Below, piece by piece: positions 63,951 to 64,000 of a DNA stretch of 64,000 nucleotides. Numbering within the stretch: the stretch's first letter is position 1; every line of letters begins with the position of its first letter. This DNA comes from Gigantopelta aegis (Eukaryota). The DNA lies in contig NC_054708.1 of assembly GCF_016097555.1 (NCBI RefSeq), positions 62,396,537 through 62,460,536 on the forward strand. Reading direction: 5' to 3'. A program made the position numbers and the translations under genes. A model generated the notes under the pieces. The model worked only from the letters and a program-made list of their open reading frames with translations. It was not told the DNA's origin and made no database searches.

Positions 63951-64000
63951 CTGAACACGTCAGTTGTCCAAGAGTAATGCCCGTCGAGACTTAAAATTAA

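Overview
This window is eukaryotic (metazoan) nuclear DNA, not a prokaryotic locus. It contains no operons, CRISPR arrays, rRNA genes or bona fide tRNA genes. Most of the window is one very large minus-strand gene encoding a major vault protein (MVP) homologue. Its CDS runs from the ATG at 57488 to the TAA at 9708-9710, about 48 kb. I located 26 coding exons by reading conserved MVP peptides and checking GT/AG splice sites and phase continuity. One further small exon, between 40631 and 43274, is inferred but was not found.

The MVP introns are packed with repeats. These include tRNA-derived SINEs of at least three head types that share one central core, and MITE or foldback hairpin elements of several families. 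There are also five tandem arrays, and at least four grow directly out of SINE sequence. A piggyBac-like transposase relic and a pogo/Tigger-like DDE transposase relic are nested in a single intron.

Two Tc1-like DNA transposons lie outside the MVP coding region. One, at 262-1765, has an intact 352-aa DD34E transposase ORF. The other, at 60911-62529, would be a complete collinear ORF except for one in-frame TAA.

The most unusual local structure is an intronic minisatellite at 14018-15620. Its repeat unit is a copy of the last 19 nt of MVP exon 21 plus its GTAAAC splice donor. About 21 in-register cryptic donor sites therefore sit immediately downstream of the authentic one.

A second gene of unknown product ends at 63183 on the minus strand, with three phase-consistent putative exons at 63183-63950. 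I found no evidence of a new multi-gene system in the prokaryotic sense. The interest here lies in the repeat biology and in how repeats interact with gene structure.
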